Source: an uncultured Gammaproteobacteria bacterium
GTDB taxonomy: Bacteria > Patescibacteriota > Patescibacteriia > Magasanikbacterales > GWA2-37-8
Reading direction: 5' to 3'
Assembly (NCBI GenBank): GCA_964596525.1
Contig: CAZQUL010000001.1
Location: 742,509 to 806,508 of the forward strand
Length of the DNA stretch: 64,000 bases
The notes under the pieces are model-generated. The model ran no database searches. It was not told where the DNA came from and worked only from the letters and a program-made list of their open reading frames with translations. Both the position numbers and the translations under genes were made by a program. Shown here piece after piece: positions 8,703-19,687 of this stretch. How positions within the stretch are numbered: position 1 is the stretch's first letter; each line of letters begins with the position of its first letter.

Positions 8703-9772
8703 ATCCCATTGCTGCCGCTTCGCGCCGGTACGATTCCATCGATGCATTGCGGGCGGTTGCGGTTATTTTGGTAATGCTTTATCACTACACAGCACGGTTC
8801 GAGACTGATTATGTAAACATGGATTATCAAGGATTTCAGTTTTCCTTCGGAAAATACGGAGTCCAACTTTTTTTTATTTTGAGCGGATACTGTATTTTTT
8901 TGACCCTCGCTAAAAGTGAAAGCATTATTGATTTTTTAGCCCGCAGATTAGCCCGTCTTTACCCGGCTCTTCTCGTGTGCGCAACGGTTACTTTCATCGC
9001 CGGACACGTCTTCTTGCTCCCGGGGCGGACGGTAAGTTTGGCGCAGTATTTTAGCAATATTTTGTTCCTTTTCCCCCTTACTGAGAACTACGTTGATACC
9101 GCCTATTGGAGTCTTACTGTAGAAGTAAAATATTATTTCCTGCTCGCCCTTATATTTTATCTCAAAAAAGATAAAGTCCTCGGAATGTGGGGCTATTTTA
9201 CGACGCTTGGTTTTGGTGTGTGGATAGCGAGCCTGCTGCTGCCGCTATTCGGTTTGCCCGGGGAGCATTTTTTGGCAATGCTTCTTAATCGCGTTTTTAT
9301 CTTTCCTCATTCACTATGGTTTCTGGTTGGTATGGCATTGTACAGTCGAGAAAAAGCCCCGTTGGGCAATTCCATATTTTTCCTTGCCGTGCCGGTGTTT
9401 TATCTGGCGATCCGTTTCTTTGCCGGAAATCAGGAACAGGCGATTGCAATCGGTCTGCTAAGTATTTTAGGTAGTATTGGAATCTTGGCTAAAGACGTGG
9501 TTGTTCCAAAGCCGCTTGTCTTCGTGGGCCTTATCAGTTACCCTCTATATCTCATTCACCAAAATGTCGGACTCATCTTGTTGCGCTCGCTCCCATTTGT
9601 CCCGCCGGTTCCCCGGATACTTATTGTTTCGGCGGTGCTTATTGCTTTTGCCGCTCTGGTGTATTGTTTTATTGAAGAAAAATATCGTCGGAAATGTGTG
9701 TCGTATTGTACGTCGCTTTTGGTTTTCTGTAGGGATTTATCGTTTAAGCTTAAGGAATACCTGTCTGTATGA
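8699..9772 (+). CDS. Acyltransferase family 3 (membrane O-acyltransferase, OatA-like)
   Basis: A polytopic membrane protein with the N-terminal motif IDALRAVAVILVMLYH. Its start overlaps the upstream stop (ATGA). Confidence 0.7.
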   Translation: MNPIAAASRRYDSIDALRAVAVILVMLYHYTARFETDYVNMDYQGFQFSFGKYGVQLFFILSGYCIFLTLAKSESIIDFLARRLARLYPALLVCATVTFIAGHVFLLPGRTVSLAQYFSNILFLFPLTENYVDTAYWSLTVEVKYYFLLALIFYLKKDKVLGMWGYFTTLGFGVWIASLLLPLFGLPGEHFLAMLLNRVFIFPHSLWFLVGMALYSREKAPLGNSIFFLAVPVFYLAIRFFAGNQEQAIAIGLLSILGSIGILAKDVVVPKPLVFVGLISYPLYLIHQNVGLILLRSLPFVPPVPRILIVSAVLIAFAALVYCFIEEKYRRKCVSYCTSLLVFCRDLSFKLKEYLSV

Positions 9773-10956
9773 ACTTGATATATATCGCTAATGCCCGGCT
9801 TCCTACCGAGAAAGCACATGGTTTTCAGATCGTCACCATGTGTCAGGAATATGCTGCGCTTGATATGCCGGTCGAACTCATCACGCCGTACCGCGTGAAT
9901 GCGATTGCCACGCCCCTGGCCGAGTTTTACGGCCTGAAACGACAGCTTTTCCGCCATCGTGTACTGCCCGGTTTTGATGCCTTCGCCCTCTTTCCGCCGC
10001 GTTGGCATGGGGTGGCGTACTGGGTCAATTATCTCGTTTTTTTCATCGGTCTTCTGTTTACGAAGCTCCCCACCACCGAAACGTGGATCATTACCCGCGA
10101 ACTGCCGCTTGTCTGGCTTCTTAAAAAACGTGGTTACCGCGTGGCCTATGAATGCCATGACGGTCTTGGTGCTAAAAGCGGTGCGAAACGCTTTCTCATG
10201 AAAAGCGCGGTGCGAGTTATTGCGACCAATATTTTCATTAAACAATCTTTGGTTCAGCATGGCGTTGATGAGCAAAAGATTATCGTGGCACCCAACGGCG
10301 TTAGCCTGGAAACGTTCGGCATCACTACGGAGCGCGCTACGGCGCTTGCAGAAGTTCCTCTTGAGACATCGCTCAAAGAGCAAATTTTGAGTGGTTTACC
10401 AGTTCTCGTATATACCGGAAGTTTTACCACTAAAGGCGAAGATAAGGGGCTTGATGATATTTTAAAAGCATTGCCGCTCCTGCGAACCAAAGTTCACTTT
10501 ATCGCCGTCGGCGGATCAGAACGCGATCGGAGCTATTACCATGAGCGTGTCCATGAAGCCGGGCTTGACGATCGCGTGACGCTCGTGACGCGGGTTGATC
10601 AGGTGGTGCTGGCGCTGTTTCAGCGCGTGGCTCATGCGCTCCTTATGCCGTTTCCGCGCCGGGCGCATTACGAATACCACATGTCGCCGCTTAAGACGTT
10701 CGAATATATGGCGAGCGGACGACCGATTATTGCATCGGAACTCCCGAGTATACAGGCGATTCTCCCACCCACGGCTGCTTTTTTCGTGCCGCCGGATAGT
10801 CCGGCTGAGCTCGCTAAAACCATCGATAATGTGCTAGCGCACCCCGAAGAAGGGGAGAAACGGGCGCATGAAGCGCGTAAGCTGGTAGAGAATTTTTCAT
10901 GGACTGCGCGGGCGCGTCATATCCTGAATGCGCTTATGGGTACGAATTTTGCTTAA
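9769..10956 (+). CDS. Glycosyltransferase family 4
   Basis: The GT-B C-domain motif is FEYMASGRPIIASELPS. The start overlaps the upstream stop (ATGA). Confidence 0.7.
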   Translation: MNLIYIANARLPTEKAHGFQIVTMCQEYAALDMPVELITPYRVNAIATPLAEFYGLKRQLFRHRVLPGFDAFALFPPRWHGVAYWVNYLVFFIGLLFTKLPTTETWIITRELPLVWLLKKRGYRVAYECHDGLGAKSGAKRFLMKSAVRVIATNIFIKQSLVQHGVDEQKIIVAPNGVSLETFGITTERATALAEVPLETSLKEQILSGLPVLVYTGSFTTKGEDKGLDDILKALPLLRTKVHFIAVGGSERDRSYYHERVHEAGLDDRVTLVTRVDQVVLALFQRVAHALLMPFPRRAHYEYHMSPLKTFEYMASGRPIIASELPSIQAILPPTAAFFVPPDSPAELAKTIDNVLAHPEEGEKRAHEARKLVENFSWTARARHILNALMGTNFA

Positions 10957-11001
10957 TACTAAGCTTTATTTTTTGTCTTCCGTAAGGTAGGATGTAGCTA
11001 T

Positions 11002-12744
11002 ATGTGTGGTTTACTTGGAACTGTTGGGCTCTCGGCACAAGCATTCGCGTGCGGGCTCCCAACAATAGCTTATCGCGGTCCGGATTTTACCGGTGAGTGG
11101 TCCGAAGGCGATGTAACACTCGGGCATCATCGCCTGGCGATCGTCGACCTGGACCGCCGTTCACATCAACCGTTTCATTACCATCACTACGCCATTATTT
11201 TCAATGGTGAGATTTATAATCACGAAGAACTCCGCCGTACGCACCTGGCGGATCATACATTTACAACGACAAGCGACACCGAAACCATCCTGCATCTCTA
11301 TGAACGCTACGGGCGCGACATGCTGCCGTTACTTTCCGGCATGTTCGCGTTCGTCATCCATGACCGCGAACAGAAAACGCTTTTCCTGGCGCGTGATCAT
11401 GCTGGTATCAAGCCGCTCTACTATTACGTCCAAGACGGCAAGCTCGTCTGCGCCTCAGAAGCCAAAGCGATTCTTTCTGTGCTCGCTGCGAACGGCGTTC
11501 ACCCGGACATCCGCCGCGATCTGTTGCCGGCGTATTTCACCTTCGGTTACATCCCATCGCCGGATTCCCTCTACGCTGGCGTGCAAAAATTACCTGCGGG
11601 CCACTCTGCCATCTTTTCGCTTGAGAAACGATCGCTTGAAATGCCTGTAGCGTTTTCGGTTAACGTGGCACCTGCGCCGGCAACTGAAGAAGAAGCGTAC
11701 GCCCTCATCGAAAAGAAGATTTTGAGTCACCTTATGGCTGATGTGCCGGTTGGACTCTTTTTCTCGGGCGGCACAGACTCATCGCTTATAGCTGCTGTTT
11801 TACAGAAGCATAACATCCAACTCAAAACGTACAGCGTGCGCATGACGCACAAGCCTGACGACGCGCGCTACTTCGAAGCGATTAGCAAGCAGCTCAGCCT
11901 CACGTCGCAGGTCGTCGATTTCGGCGTCTCCGAGTTCGATGCTCTCTACGAAGAAATCACGTCAAAAATCGACGAGCCGATCCACGACACGTCGCTTTTC
12001 CCCACCTATTTTATTTGCCGACTCGCGGCCAAAGACGTGAAGGTGGTACTCTCGGGCGAAGGCGGGGATGAGTTCTTTTTAGGATATAAACGACAGAAAG
12101 AATTGATGCGTCTTGCAGCGAGAACATCTCCGTCGTTTTTGAGCTATGTGTACCGCTCAACGCCCGAACTACGCGGTAAAAATACGCTCATGCTCGCTTT
12201 GTCCAAAAAGATCGATCCGTATCTGTATTATCTTTTGGCGACGGGTATCAGCGCGCACCCAAAAAATCTTTTTGCGGCGTATCGAAAGCTGCTCGGTAAC
12301 CAACCGCTTGAGCTTGACCGCACCTGGTATCTCGAAAACGATCTGCTTAAAAAACTCGATATTGCCACCTCGTTCGCGTCCATCGAAGGGCGCGTGCCGC
12401 TCGTTGACTCGGCCGTTATCGCCGTGGCGCGCCGATTCGAGAACAGAGCGTTCGATAACGGCGTTTCCAAAGCGCTTCTTAAACGGATGCTTGCGCGCTA
12501 TATTCCGCAAGAACTCGTGTACCGCGGTAAAAGTGGTTTCAGTATCGCACCCACCACGCTCTTGACCACCTCGCCCATCCTTAAAGAGCGTGTTCCGGTC
12601 GCTCTCAACTATCTGAGAGGTTTAGAATGCTGGCCATTTCCGTATGGCGAACAGGATATTCCCATGCTCCGCGAGCGTTTTCCCTATCTTTTGTTCGCTG
12701 CGCTCTTTTTGTATCACGCGCTTACTAACCGACCTCGTGTATGA
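11002..12744 (+). CDS. asnB: Asparagine synthase (glutamine-hydrolysing) family amidotransferase, AsnB/WbpS-like
   Basis: An MCG N-terminal nucleophile is followed by the PP-loop SGGTDSS. An RBS (aaggtagga) lies upstream. Confidence 0.8.
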   Translation: MCGLLGTVGLSAQAFACGLPTIAYRGPDFTGEWSEGDVTLGHHRLAIVDLDRRSHQPFHYHHYAIIFNGEIYNHEELRRTHLADHTFTTTSDTETILHLYERYGRDMLPLLSGMFAFVIHDREQKTLFLARDHAGIKPLYYYVQDGKLVCASEAKAILSVLAANGVHPDIRRDLLPAYFTFGYIPSPDSLYAGVQKLPAGHSAIFSLEKRSLEMPVAFSVNVAPAPATEEEAYALIEKKILSHLMADVPVGLFFSGGTDSSLIAAVLQKHNIQLKTYSVRMTHKPDDARYFEAISKQLSLTSQVVDFGVSEFDALYEEITSKIDEPIHDTSLFPTYFICRLAAKDVKVVLSGEGGDEFFLGYKRQKELMRLAARTSPSFLSYVYRSTPELRGKNTLMLALSKKIDPYLYYLLATGISAHPKNLFAAYRKLLGNQPLELDRTWYLENDLLKKLDIATSFASIEGRVPLVDSAVIAVARRFENRAFDNGVSKALLKRMLARYIPQELVYRGKSGFSIAPTTLLTTSPILKERVPVALNYLRGLECWPFPYGEQDIPMLRERFPYLLFAALFLYHALTNRPRV

Positions 12745-13442
12745 ACCAAACTCCCTTATCCGGTGTTCCGATGGAATTGAAACAAAAAATGGCCGAACAA
12801 GCGACGATGTACGGCGAACAAACCTACTGGCGTCGCGACGAAGAAGCCCTCGTAACGCGCTATTTCACCGCACCCGGAGCGCGCGTTTTAGTATTGGGTT
12901 GCGGTGGGGGGCGCACGCTCTTGCCGCTCCACGCCAAGGGTTTTAAGGTTACGGCCGTAGATATTGTCCCTGAGATGGTTGCTGAAGCGCGTAAAAAAGT
13001 GACTGGCACCTCGGTTGCGGTTGAGGTGATGGATGCGACCGCGCTTGCGTATCCGGATCAATCATTCGATTACGTATTTTTTCCGTTCCACGGCATCGAT
13101 TTCATTGCGCCGGACGTATATGCGGCGGTGAGAGAAGCGGCACGCGTGCTTGCTCCTGGTGGTACCTTCATTTTTAATTCCCATAATCCGTATTTCGTAA
13201 AGGACCTCGCTTCGTTTTGGGAAACATACCATGATTATGAAGGAATGAAATTTTACCGCTTCGGCGTAAGGGACCGTTTCCGGCTCAGGCGTTTTTTTGA
13301 ACGGGTTACGATACACCAGCGCATCTCACTTCTGCCGTGGAGTGAGGCAAACTGGAAAGACAAGGTGTATAAACTCTTGCCGTTTTTCAACAAATCCACG
13401 TATTTCGTGTGCCAAGACCCACGCGTTTCACGGAGCCTATGA
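12741..13442 (+). CDS. Class I SAM-dependent methyltransferase
   Basis: Motif I reads VLVLGCGGGR. The start overlaps the upstream stop (ATGA). Confidence 0.7.
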   Translation: MNQTPLSGVPMELKQKMAEQATMYGEQTYWRRDEEALVTRYFTAPGARVLVLGCGGGRTLLPLHAKGFKVTAVDIVPEMVAEARKKVTGTSVAVEVMDATALAYPDQSFDYVFFPFHGIDFIAPDVYAAVREAARVLAPGGTFIFNSHNPYFVKDLASFWETYHDYEGMKFYRFGVRDRFRLRRFFERVTIHQRISLLPWSEANWKDKVYKLLPFFNKSTYFVCQDPRVSRSL

Positions 13443-14179
13443 AACTGACGTATCGGAAGTACGGTTTTAATTTCACTGAGTGGTGGTATGAGTACGATGG
13501 TGTAAGGCCGTCTGGGTGGCGTACGGTACTCTTAGTGCGTTCGCTTGTCGAGCTTCCGGCGCTCGGCAAACCGCAGGCCGTAAAAAAAACGCCGATCATT
13601 GATCTTGCCAAAAATGAAGCTGATATCTTCGCTTCGTTTAATGATACGACGCGCAACGAAATTCGACGTACGGATAAATTTACTGAGTGGCGTTTTGAGG
13701 TGAAGGAAAACGTTGATGAAACGGCGTATCAAGTGTACGCGCGGCAAGAAGTGTTGCAAGGGCGTGCACCGCGCCTTTTACGATCACTTGCCCACAACGT
13801 CGCGGCTGTGGCGTATTATCGCGACATGCCTTATGCGGTTATCACTGCGCGCCGCGTCGCGCCGCTTCTTAAAATCGAGACCATCAGTTCGGAGCGGCTG
13901 GAAACCGATGACAAAGAGCTTAAGAAATCTCTGGCTATGGCATCCCGGCGGGTGGTGTGGGAACTGTGTCGATATGCCAAAGAGCAAGGGTTTAAAGGGC
14001 TCGATATGGGATACGTCAATTTGTCCGACCCGGCGCGCGCCGGCATCGATCGCTTCAAGATGGGGTTTGGAGGCGAGGTCGTGACCGAGTACTCATACAC
14101 CGTGGCAAGTGCCGCGTATCGCACCTTGTACGCTCTGCTTCGTTGGTTCAACCATCTGCGCGGCGTGATAAAAATCTAG
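13439..14179 (+). CDS. FemAB-like / GNAT-fold acyltransferase (PF13480-like), tentative
   Basis: A ~246-aa soluble protein whose size and composition resemble FemAB-related acyl/aminoacyl transferases. The start overlaps the upstream stop (ATGA). The family call was made by eye only. Confidence 0.4.
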   Translation: MKLTYRKYGFNFTEWWYEYDGVRPSGWRTVLLVRSLVELPALGKPQAVKKTPIIDLAKNEADIFASFNDTTRNEIRRTDKFTEWRFEVKENVDETAYQVYARQEVLQGRAPRLLRSLAHNVAAVAYYRDMPYAVITARRVAPLLKIETISSERLETDDKELKKSLAMASRRVVWELCRYAKEQGFKGLDMGYVNLSDPARAGIDRFKMGFGGEVVTEYSYTVASAAYRTLYALLRWFNHLRGVIKI

Positions 14180-14180
14180 T

Positions 14181-14867
14181 ATGATCGCTATTTTGTCTTA
14201 CCATTCCATCAGTCCGTCAACATATCCGTATGCGGTTTCGGCCGAGATGTTTGAACGCCAGCTCCTGTGGCTTAAGCGCTCGTTTACCGTACTCTCGGCT
14301 GCGGATTTTCCGCGTGCCCTCTCTGATCATCGCGGTAAAAAATACGCGCTTATTACTTTTGATGACGGGTTTAAAGATGTCGTAACGACGGCACTGCCGA
14401 TTATGCAGCGCCATGGTGTGCCCGGCGTTTTGTTTCTCTCGCCTGGGTTGGTGGGTGGTACGTTTTGCGACCTCCCGATGATGGAGTGGGATGAGGTTAA
14501 AAAACTGCAGACAAGTGGTTTTTTTGCCATTGAAAGCCATGCCGTGACGCATCGCAAACTCAAAGATCTTCCGCTCGATGAAATGTGCCGCGAACTCATT
14601 GATTCACAGCGGATGATCGAAGAAAAAACTGCTGCTTCGGTCCGATGGATTGCGTATCCGTACGGATCGTACACACCGGCTGTAGCCGAAGAAGCGGCGC
14701 GGCAGTATAGGTATGGTTTTGCGATTGACGGCATCATCGATGATGATTCTAGAATAGAACCGTTGCTTTTGCCGCGCATCATCGTGTCGCGCGATATGTC
14801 GATGATGAAATTTAAGCTGCGATTCAGCCCGTGGTTTTGGCGCGTGCGGAAGTGGCTTAAGCGGTAG
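14181..14867 (+). CDS. Polysaccharide deacetylase (CE4/NodB family)
   Basis: It carries the NodB-type motifs TFDDG and FESHAVTHRKL. Confidence 0.7.
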   Translation: MIAILSYHSISPSTYPYAVSAEMFERQLLWLKRSFTVLSAADFPRALSDHRGKKYALITFDDGFKDVVTTALPIMQRHGVPGVLFLSPGLVGGTFCDLPMMEWDEVKKLQTSGFFAIESHAVTHRKLKDLPLDEMCRELIDSQRMIEEKTAASVRWIAYPYGSYTPAVAEEAARQYRYGFAIDGIIDDDSRIEPLLLPRIIVSRDMSMMKFKLRFSPWFWRVRKWLKR

Positions 14868-14884
14868 TCGTATTAAAAGAATCC

Positions 14885-15814
14885 ATGCCTATGATGTTTA
14901 GCATTATTATCGCTACGTATAATCGCGCACATAGCCTTCCGGCTGTTATCGAGAGTATTGTGCGGCAAACATATGCCGAATGGGAGCTGATTATCGTTGA
15001 TGATGGTTCGACCGATGCTTCAGCCGAAGTTGTGAAGCCTTTTTTGACCGATGTGCGCGTTCGATATATGCCGCAAGCCCAGAATCGCGGCGCGTTCGCG
15101 GCGCGCAATGTCGGTATAGAAGCGGCAGTGGGGGATTACCTCGTCATTTGGGATAGTGATGATTTTTTGTACCCCGAAGCACTCGCTCGTCTTAAGGCTG
15201 AATTGGAGCGCCATCCGGAGTATGACATGTTATACGCGCCGGCGGATTTCTATCTCAAAGACAAACTGCTCGATATGCCAAAGCGTGCGACGGGGCCTGC
15301 GACAAGCGAAGATGTTATCGCCAACCGCTTGCCTAAGAACGACGTTGTTATTCCCGTCAGACGATCCTTTATCGGCAGCGATCGGTTTTTGGGGCCCAAT
15401 ATCGACTTTACGTTTTACGTGCTGCTCGCGGCACGGGCGCGTTCCATTGGGCATCTTGATGAACGATTGGGAAAAATCATTCTCATATCAGACACCGTGT
15501 CGGAAACAATCATGCGCACCAAACCGAACATTAAAAAGGCGGTGGCGCGTTCCCCGGGGTTCGATCGATTTCTTGATGCTGTGGGTGATAAATTACGCGT
15601 TCTGGTGCCGAGCCGGTACGCCGGTGTGGCGTACGGAGCATCGGTCGGTTTTCTTCTTGCCGGGGATGTGGAGCGCGCTAAGAAAAATAGCGCTCGGGCT
15701 GCACAGGCAGAACCTTCGTTTAAATACCGACTTTTCAATCTATTCGTTAGCTGCCCCGGTTCTGCGGCGCTGTGGCGTTTCATTTTTAAGCTTCGGATGA
15801 AACTGGATCGGTAG
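14885..15814 (+). CDS. Glycosyltransferase family 2 (GT-A fold)
   Basis: FSIIIATYNRAHSL is followed by DDGSTD and a DSDD (DxD) motif. Confidence 0.8.
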   Translation: MPMMFSIIIATYNRAHSLPAVIESIVRQTYAEWELIIVDDGSTDASAEVVKPFLTDVRVRYMPQAQNRGAFAARNVGIEAAVGDYLVIWDSDDFLYPEALARLKAELERHPEYDMLYAPADFYLKDKLLDMPKRATGPATSEDVIANRLPKNDVVIPVRRSFIGSDRFLGPNIDFTFYVLLAARARSIGHLDERLGKIILISDTVSETIMRTKPNIKKAVARSPGFDRFLDAVGDKLRVLVPSRYAGVAYGASVGFLLAGDVERAKKNSARAAQAEPSFKYRLFNLFVSCPGSAALWRFIFKLRMKLDR

Positions 15815-17063
15815 ATGCAGGCCTCGAAAACGCCAGATAGAACGTAACGACGCTCATGATGATCTTGTTGATGAGAAGAGCAGCGATGAGTCCGGCGAGT
15901 CCGCCTAGCATGACGGCCGGGATGGTGACGATGAGGGATAATGCGCTTTCGGTGAGTTCGCTCTGGTATTGTTTTTTGATGCTCGTTTGAGCTTGTACGA
16001 GGATCATGTTTTTAAGAATCACGATGAAGGCGGTGAAAGGGATTGACCACACGAACCATTGTGAATACGGCACGGCAGCGGTATAGCGAGGTAAGAGCCA
16101 GGCATACAGATACGGTGCTATAAACGTATACAGCAGAGCGCCGAGCGTGAACAAGACTCCAAACGGGAAGAATTTTCTTAGGAATAAGCGACGCGGATGG
16201 TCGGTTTTCATGGTGCTGATTTTGGGCAAAAGGAGTCGGCTGTTAGAAACGATGAGCATGCGGATCTGTTCGATGGGGGCGATAATAAACGCGAAAAGAG
16301 CAAGTGCGGTGCTGCCCGAAATATGGTAGAGAAGAAGCGACGACGCCGTGCCGATCACGGTCGTTAGTCCTTTTACGATGCTTAAATGCACGCCGAACGC
16401 GGCGGTATTTTTTTCTACCTCATTGTTGGGTGGGAAACGGTGTGTCGTTGCAAACCATGCATACACTAAGACAAGAAGCGGTAGGCCGTAGTACGTGAGT
16501 GATAAAACAGGTAACGACGGCAGGAAGAAAATAGCCGTAAGAGTCGTGCCGACCAAGACGATTTTGCCCCACACCTGGTAACGGTTGATGAGCGCGTACG
16601 AGCGCAGGCCGTTGAGGATAGCGCTGTAGCTGTCGAAGGCAGTCAGAGGTATAAATACGCTCGCAATGATGAGTCCGAGGCCGATCATGTGTCTTTGGGT
16701 TGCGATAAGGTAAAGCCCGTACACGACGCCGGCGGCTAAACCGATCATGCTGCCTGCAAGTCGAATGCGTAATGCGCTGCGCGCGCTACCGCTTTTACCT
16801 TGGGCTACGGCGAGCGTGGTGGCGACGTTAAGGTTAGCAAGTGTTGCGAGTCCGAGGATGCTTAAAATACTCCCGATGTATTTGAGGTCGCCATACACCG
16901 TTGGGTCAACCAGGTTGCCAAACGCGAGCGAGAGTAGAAACGTGGAGCCGGAATTGATAATTTCGCTCAGCGTTAACCACCAGCCGCCGTGGATGAAATA
17001 ACGTACGTCGGTTTTGAAGATTTTTTCGAGTAGAGTGATGATACGGGTGCGCCACGTGTTCAT
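15786..17063 (-). CDS. wzx: Polysaccharide flippase (Wzx / MOP superfamily)
   Basis: A ~12-TM hydrophobic protein of typical Wzx length (425 aa), located in a glycan locus. Its start overlaps the stop of the upstream GT4 (ATGA on the minus strand). Confidence 0.65.
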   Translation of the reverse strand: MNTWRTRIITLLEKIFKTDVRYFIHGGWWLTLSEIINSGSTFLLSLAFGNLVDPTVYGDLKYIGSILSILGLATLANLNVATTLAVAQGKSGSARSALRIRLAGSMIGLAAGVVYGLYLIATQRHMIGLGLIIASVFIPLTAFDSYSAILNGLRSYALINRYQVWGKIVLVGTTLTAIFFLPSLPVLSLTYYGLPLLVLVYAWFATTHRFPPNNEVEKNTAAFGVHLSIVKGLTTVIGTASSLLLYHISGSTALALFAFIIAPIEQIRMLIVSNSRLLLPKISTMKTDHPRRLFLRKFFPFGVLFTLGALLYTFIAPYLYAWLLPRYTAAVPYSQWFVWSIPFTAFIVILKNMILVQAQTSIKKQYQSELTESALSLIVTIPAVMLGGLAGLIAALLINKIIMSVVTFYLAFSRPASTDPVSSEA

Positions 17064-18198
17064 ACAGAGATAAGACGCTGATAGAGTTCGGTGTAGCTTT
17101 GGCCCATCGCTTCACTTAAAAAGCGCGGTTCAAGCGGTGGTGGTGGAGGGCATCCGGTGGAAAGTAGATGGTGGAGCGCACGCATGAATCCCGCTTCGTT
17201 GTCGGGCTCAAAGAGAAATTTTTTATCCACGATTTCTGGTATGCCACCGACGTGGGAGGCGAGTATCGGGATGCCCTGATGCCGCGCCTCGAGCAGTACG
17301 TAGGGCAACCCTTCAAAGATCGACGGCAGAATAAACACGTCAAAACCGCGCAGGATATTCGTTGCATCCGAAATGTAATTCCCGAGAATGACGGTATTTT
17401 CGAGATGGTGTTGTTTAATTGCCTCTTCGTATAATGGGCGTTCAGGGCCGCTGCCGATAATAACTATCAGCGCGGACGGATCGGCGGCGTGCAGGGTGCG
17501 GGCTTGGTTAATGAGCCAGGTGTAATTTTTGGGATAAGCGAACCGTCCGATGGTGCCGTAGACGCGATGGTGGGCGAGCGATCGTCCGAGGTGATGTTCA
17601 AGGGCGCGCCGGGCCTCATCGCGTGGTGGTATATGCTCCGGAGCGGTTAAGCCATTGTAAATCAACGTTGAGCGCGGTGACAGCTGTAGAGCAGTGGCAT
17701 CATTGTAATTAGCGCGGCAAATATACACGGTTTCATCGCACGCCGAAAGAAGAAAGCGGAAAATGCTCGTCCAGACCGAACGTTTGAGGTCAGACTGGCG
17801 ATGGTGTGGGTCGAGTAGGGAAAGACCGTGGAGCGTAGCGACGGTTTTTATGCGCGTACCCATGAGTCGGAGTAGCCGAGGGGCGACAAGCGTATTGGAG
17901 CTGTTGAGGTGGATAAGTTTGGCACGCTCGGTATGAGCCAGTTTTTTGAGCTCCTGCGTGAAGAGTAGGCTTTTGAACGGATTAAGCGAACGGTCCAAGT
18001 GAGCTAGGGTGCGGTGGGGAATGTCTAATCGTTCGGCTTCACTCGGTACATAGTCGCCGGGGCCAGAAGCGATCAGTGGTCGGAGGCTGTGCTCCGGGTG
18101 ATTAACAAGATATTTGGCTATATCAAGCACAAAACGTTGGGCTCCGCCCGGCGTTCCTTGAGTAACAACGAGGAGAATGGTGGTGGGAGACGTGGACA
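17060..18198 (-). CDS. Glycosyltransferase family 4
   Basis: The motif is FILPSIFEGLPYVLLEARHQGIPILAS. The start is uncertain between 18198 and 18244. Confidence 0.7.
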
Positions 18199-18291
18199 TA
18201 TGCGGCGGTTTTTTCGCTAAAATACGTCTTGCTTTCGAAGTCAACAGTGTGTTACCGTAACCACGCTTTGGTTACGTAGAAGAATGCTTTT

Positions 18292-19677
18292 ATGAATATC
18301 CTTTTTATCGGTTCTGGATTCGTGGGGAGCTGTTCGGCGGCAGTTGCGGCTGGGAGCGGTCACACGGTGATGGTGTACGATATCGACGAGAAAAAAATCG
18401 CTGCCTTATCTTCTGGTGATCGCGATACAGTGGAGCAGTGCCTGTACGAAGAGGGGCTCGGTGATCTTTTGGTGCGCAACCGCGAGCGTCTCCAGTTTAC
18501 CACAGACTATGCGCAGGTGGAAACGTTTTTAGACAGTGTCCAAGCCATTTTTTTGTGTCTTCCCACGCCCGAAATCGGCGAAACAGGGGAGAGTGATTTA
18601 TCGTTTTATACTGCGGCGCTTACCCGGCTCGCCGGGGCTTTAGTGCGTCGGAATGGTGGCGTGCAAAGCAACTACGTCGTGATCGTCAACAAAAGCACGG
18701 TGCCTATTGATACCGTCCGCATAGCGGAAGAAATGTTGGCGGCGCATGGTGTGAAAGAGTATGGTGTGGTTTCAAACCCGGAGTTTTTGGTGGAAGGAAA
18801 AGCGGTTCAGGGTTCGCTCAAACCCGACCGCGTAGTGATTGGTGCTAAAAGCGAACGCGACTTTGCGGTGATGCGCGGCGTGTACCAGCGGTTCTACGAT
18901 TCGCCGTCCGTACAATACCTCGAAGTAAGTCCCGAAGAAGCTGCGGCTGGCAAACTTCTTGCTAACTTTTACTTGTTTAATCGCTTAGCGATTTGTTTTG
19001 ATGTCATTGGGCGCACTACCGAGGCGTTTCCGGGGTTGCGTTTTGAAAATATCCGCCGCGTGCTTACGAGCGACCCGCGTATCGGGGAGTGGGGGTTCTA
19101 CGATAGTTTATATGCTGGCGGGAGCTGTTTCATCAAAGACGCCCGTTCATTAGCGCATCAGTTGCAGCTCAAGGGGCGCAATGCTACGCTCGTTAACGAG
19201 ACGTATCTCGCCAATAAACGCCAGCTCGAACTCTTTTTGGCTCGGGCGGAGCGCGAAGCTGGGTTTGACTGGAACGGTAAGAGCGTGGCACTGCTCGGCT
19301 TAGCCTTTAAACGCGATACTAACGATATCCGCAATTCGCCGAGCGTCGATATTATGCACTTTTTGGAAGAGCGTCAGGTTGCGCGTGTAGAGTTATATGA
19401 TCCGGTGGCCGGTTCGCAGTTTGAGCGCATATTCCCGCGTAGTGACCGGCGTGTCTACGCTGCCTCAACCGCTGAGGCGATTGCTCAGGCAGATGTGGTG
19501 ATTATCGCGACCGATTGGCCGCAATTCCGCGCGCTTGGCGCCGAGCTTGCCAAACTTCCGCATCGACCGCTCATTATGGATGGCCGCCGCATGCTCCAGC
19601 ACACCTTTGATGATCTGGTGGCGGGCGGGTTCAGCATCATTGCTGTCGGTTCGTCATTTCTAACTCCTCACGTTTAG
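18292..19677 (+). CDS. Nucleotide-sugar dehydrogenase (UDP-glucose/GDP-mannose dehydrogenase family)
   Basis: The N-terminal Rossmann motif is IGSGFVGS. A catalytic Cys lies in a GGSCFIKD context. The dimerisation and C-terminal domains are present. Confidence 0.75.
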   Translation: MNILFIGSGFVGSCSAAVAAGSGHTVMVYDIDEKKIAALSSGDRDTVEQCLYEEGLGDLLVRNRERLQFTTDYAQVETFLDSVQAIFLCLPTPEIGETGESDLSFYTAALTRLAGALVRRNGGVQSNYVVIVNKSTVPIDTVRIAEEMLAAHGVKEYGVVSNPEFLVEGKAVQGSLKPDRVVIGAKSERDFAVMRGVYQRFYDSPSVQYLEVSPEEAAAGKLLANFYLFNRLAICFDVIGRTTEAFPGLRFENIRRVLTSDPRIGEWGFYDSLYAGGSCFIKDARSLAHQLQLKGRNATLVNETYLANKRQLELFLARAEREAGFDWNGKSVALLGLAFKRDTNDIRNSPSVDIMHFLEERQVARVELYDPVAGSQFERIFPRSDRRVYAASTAEAIAQADVVIIATDWPQFRALGAELAKLPHRPLIMDGRRMLQHTFDDLVAGGFSIIAVGSSFLTPHV

Positions 19678-19687
19678 TTTTATTACT

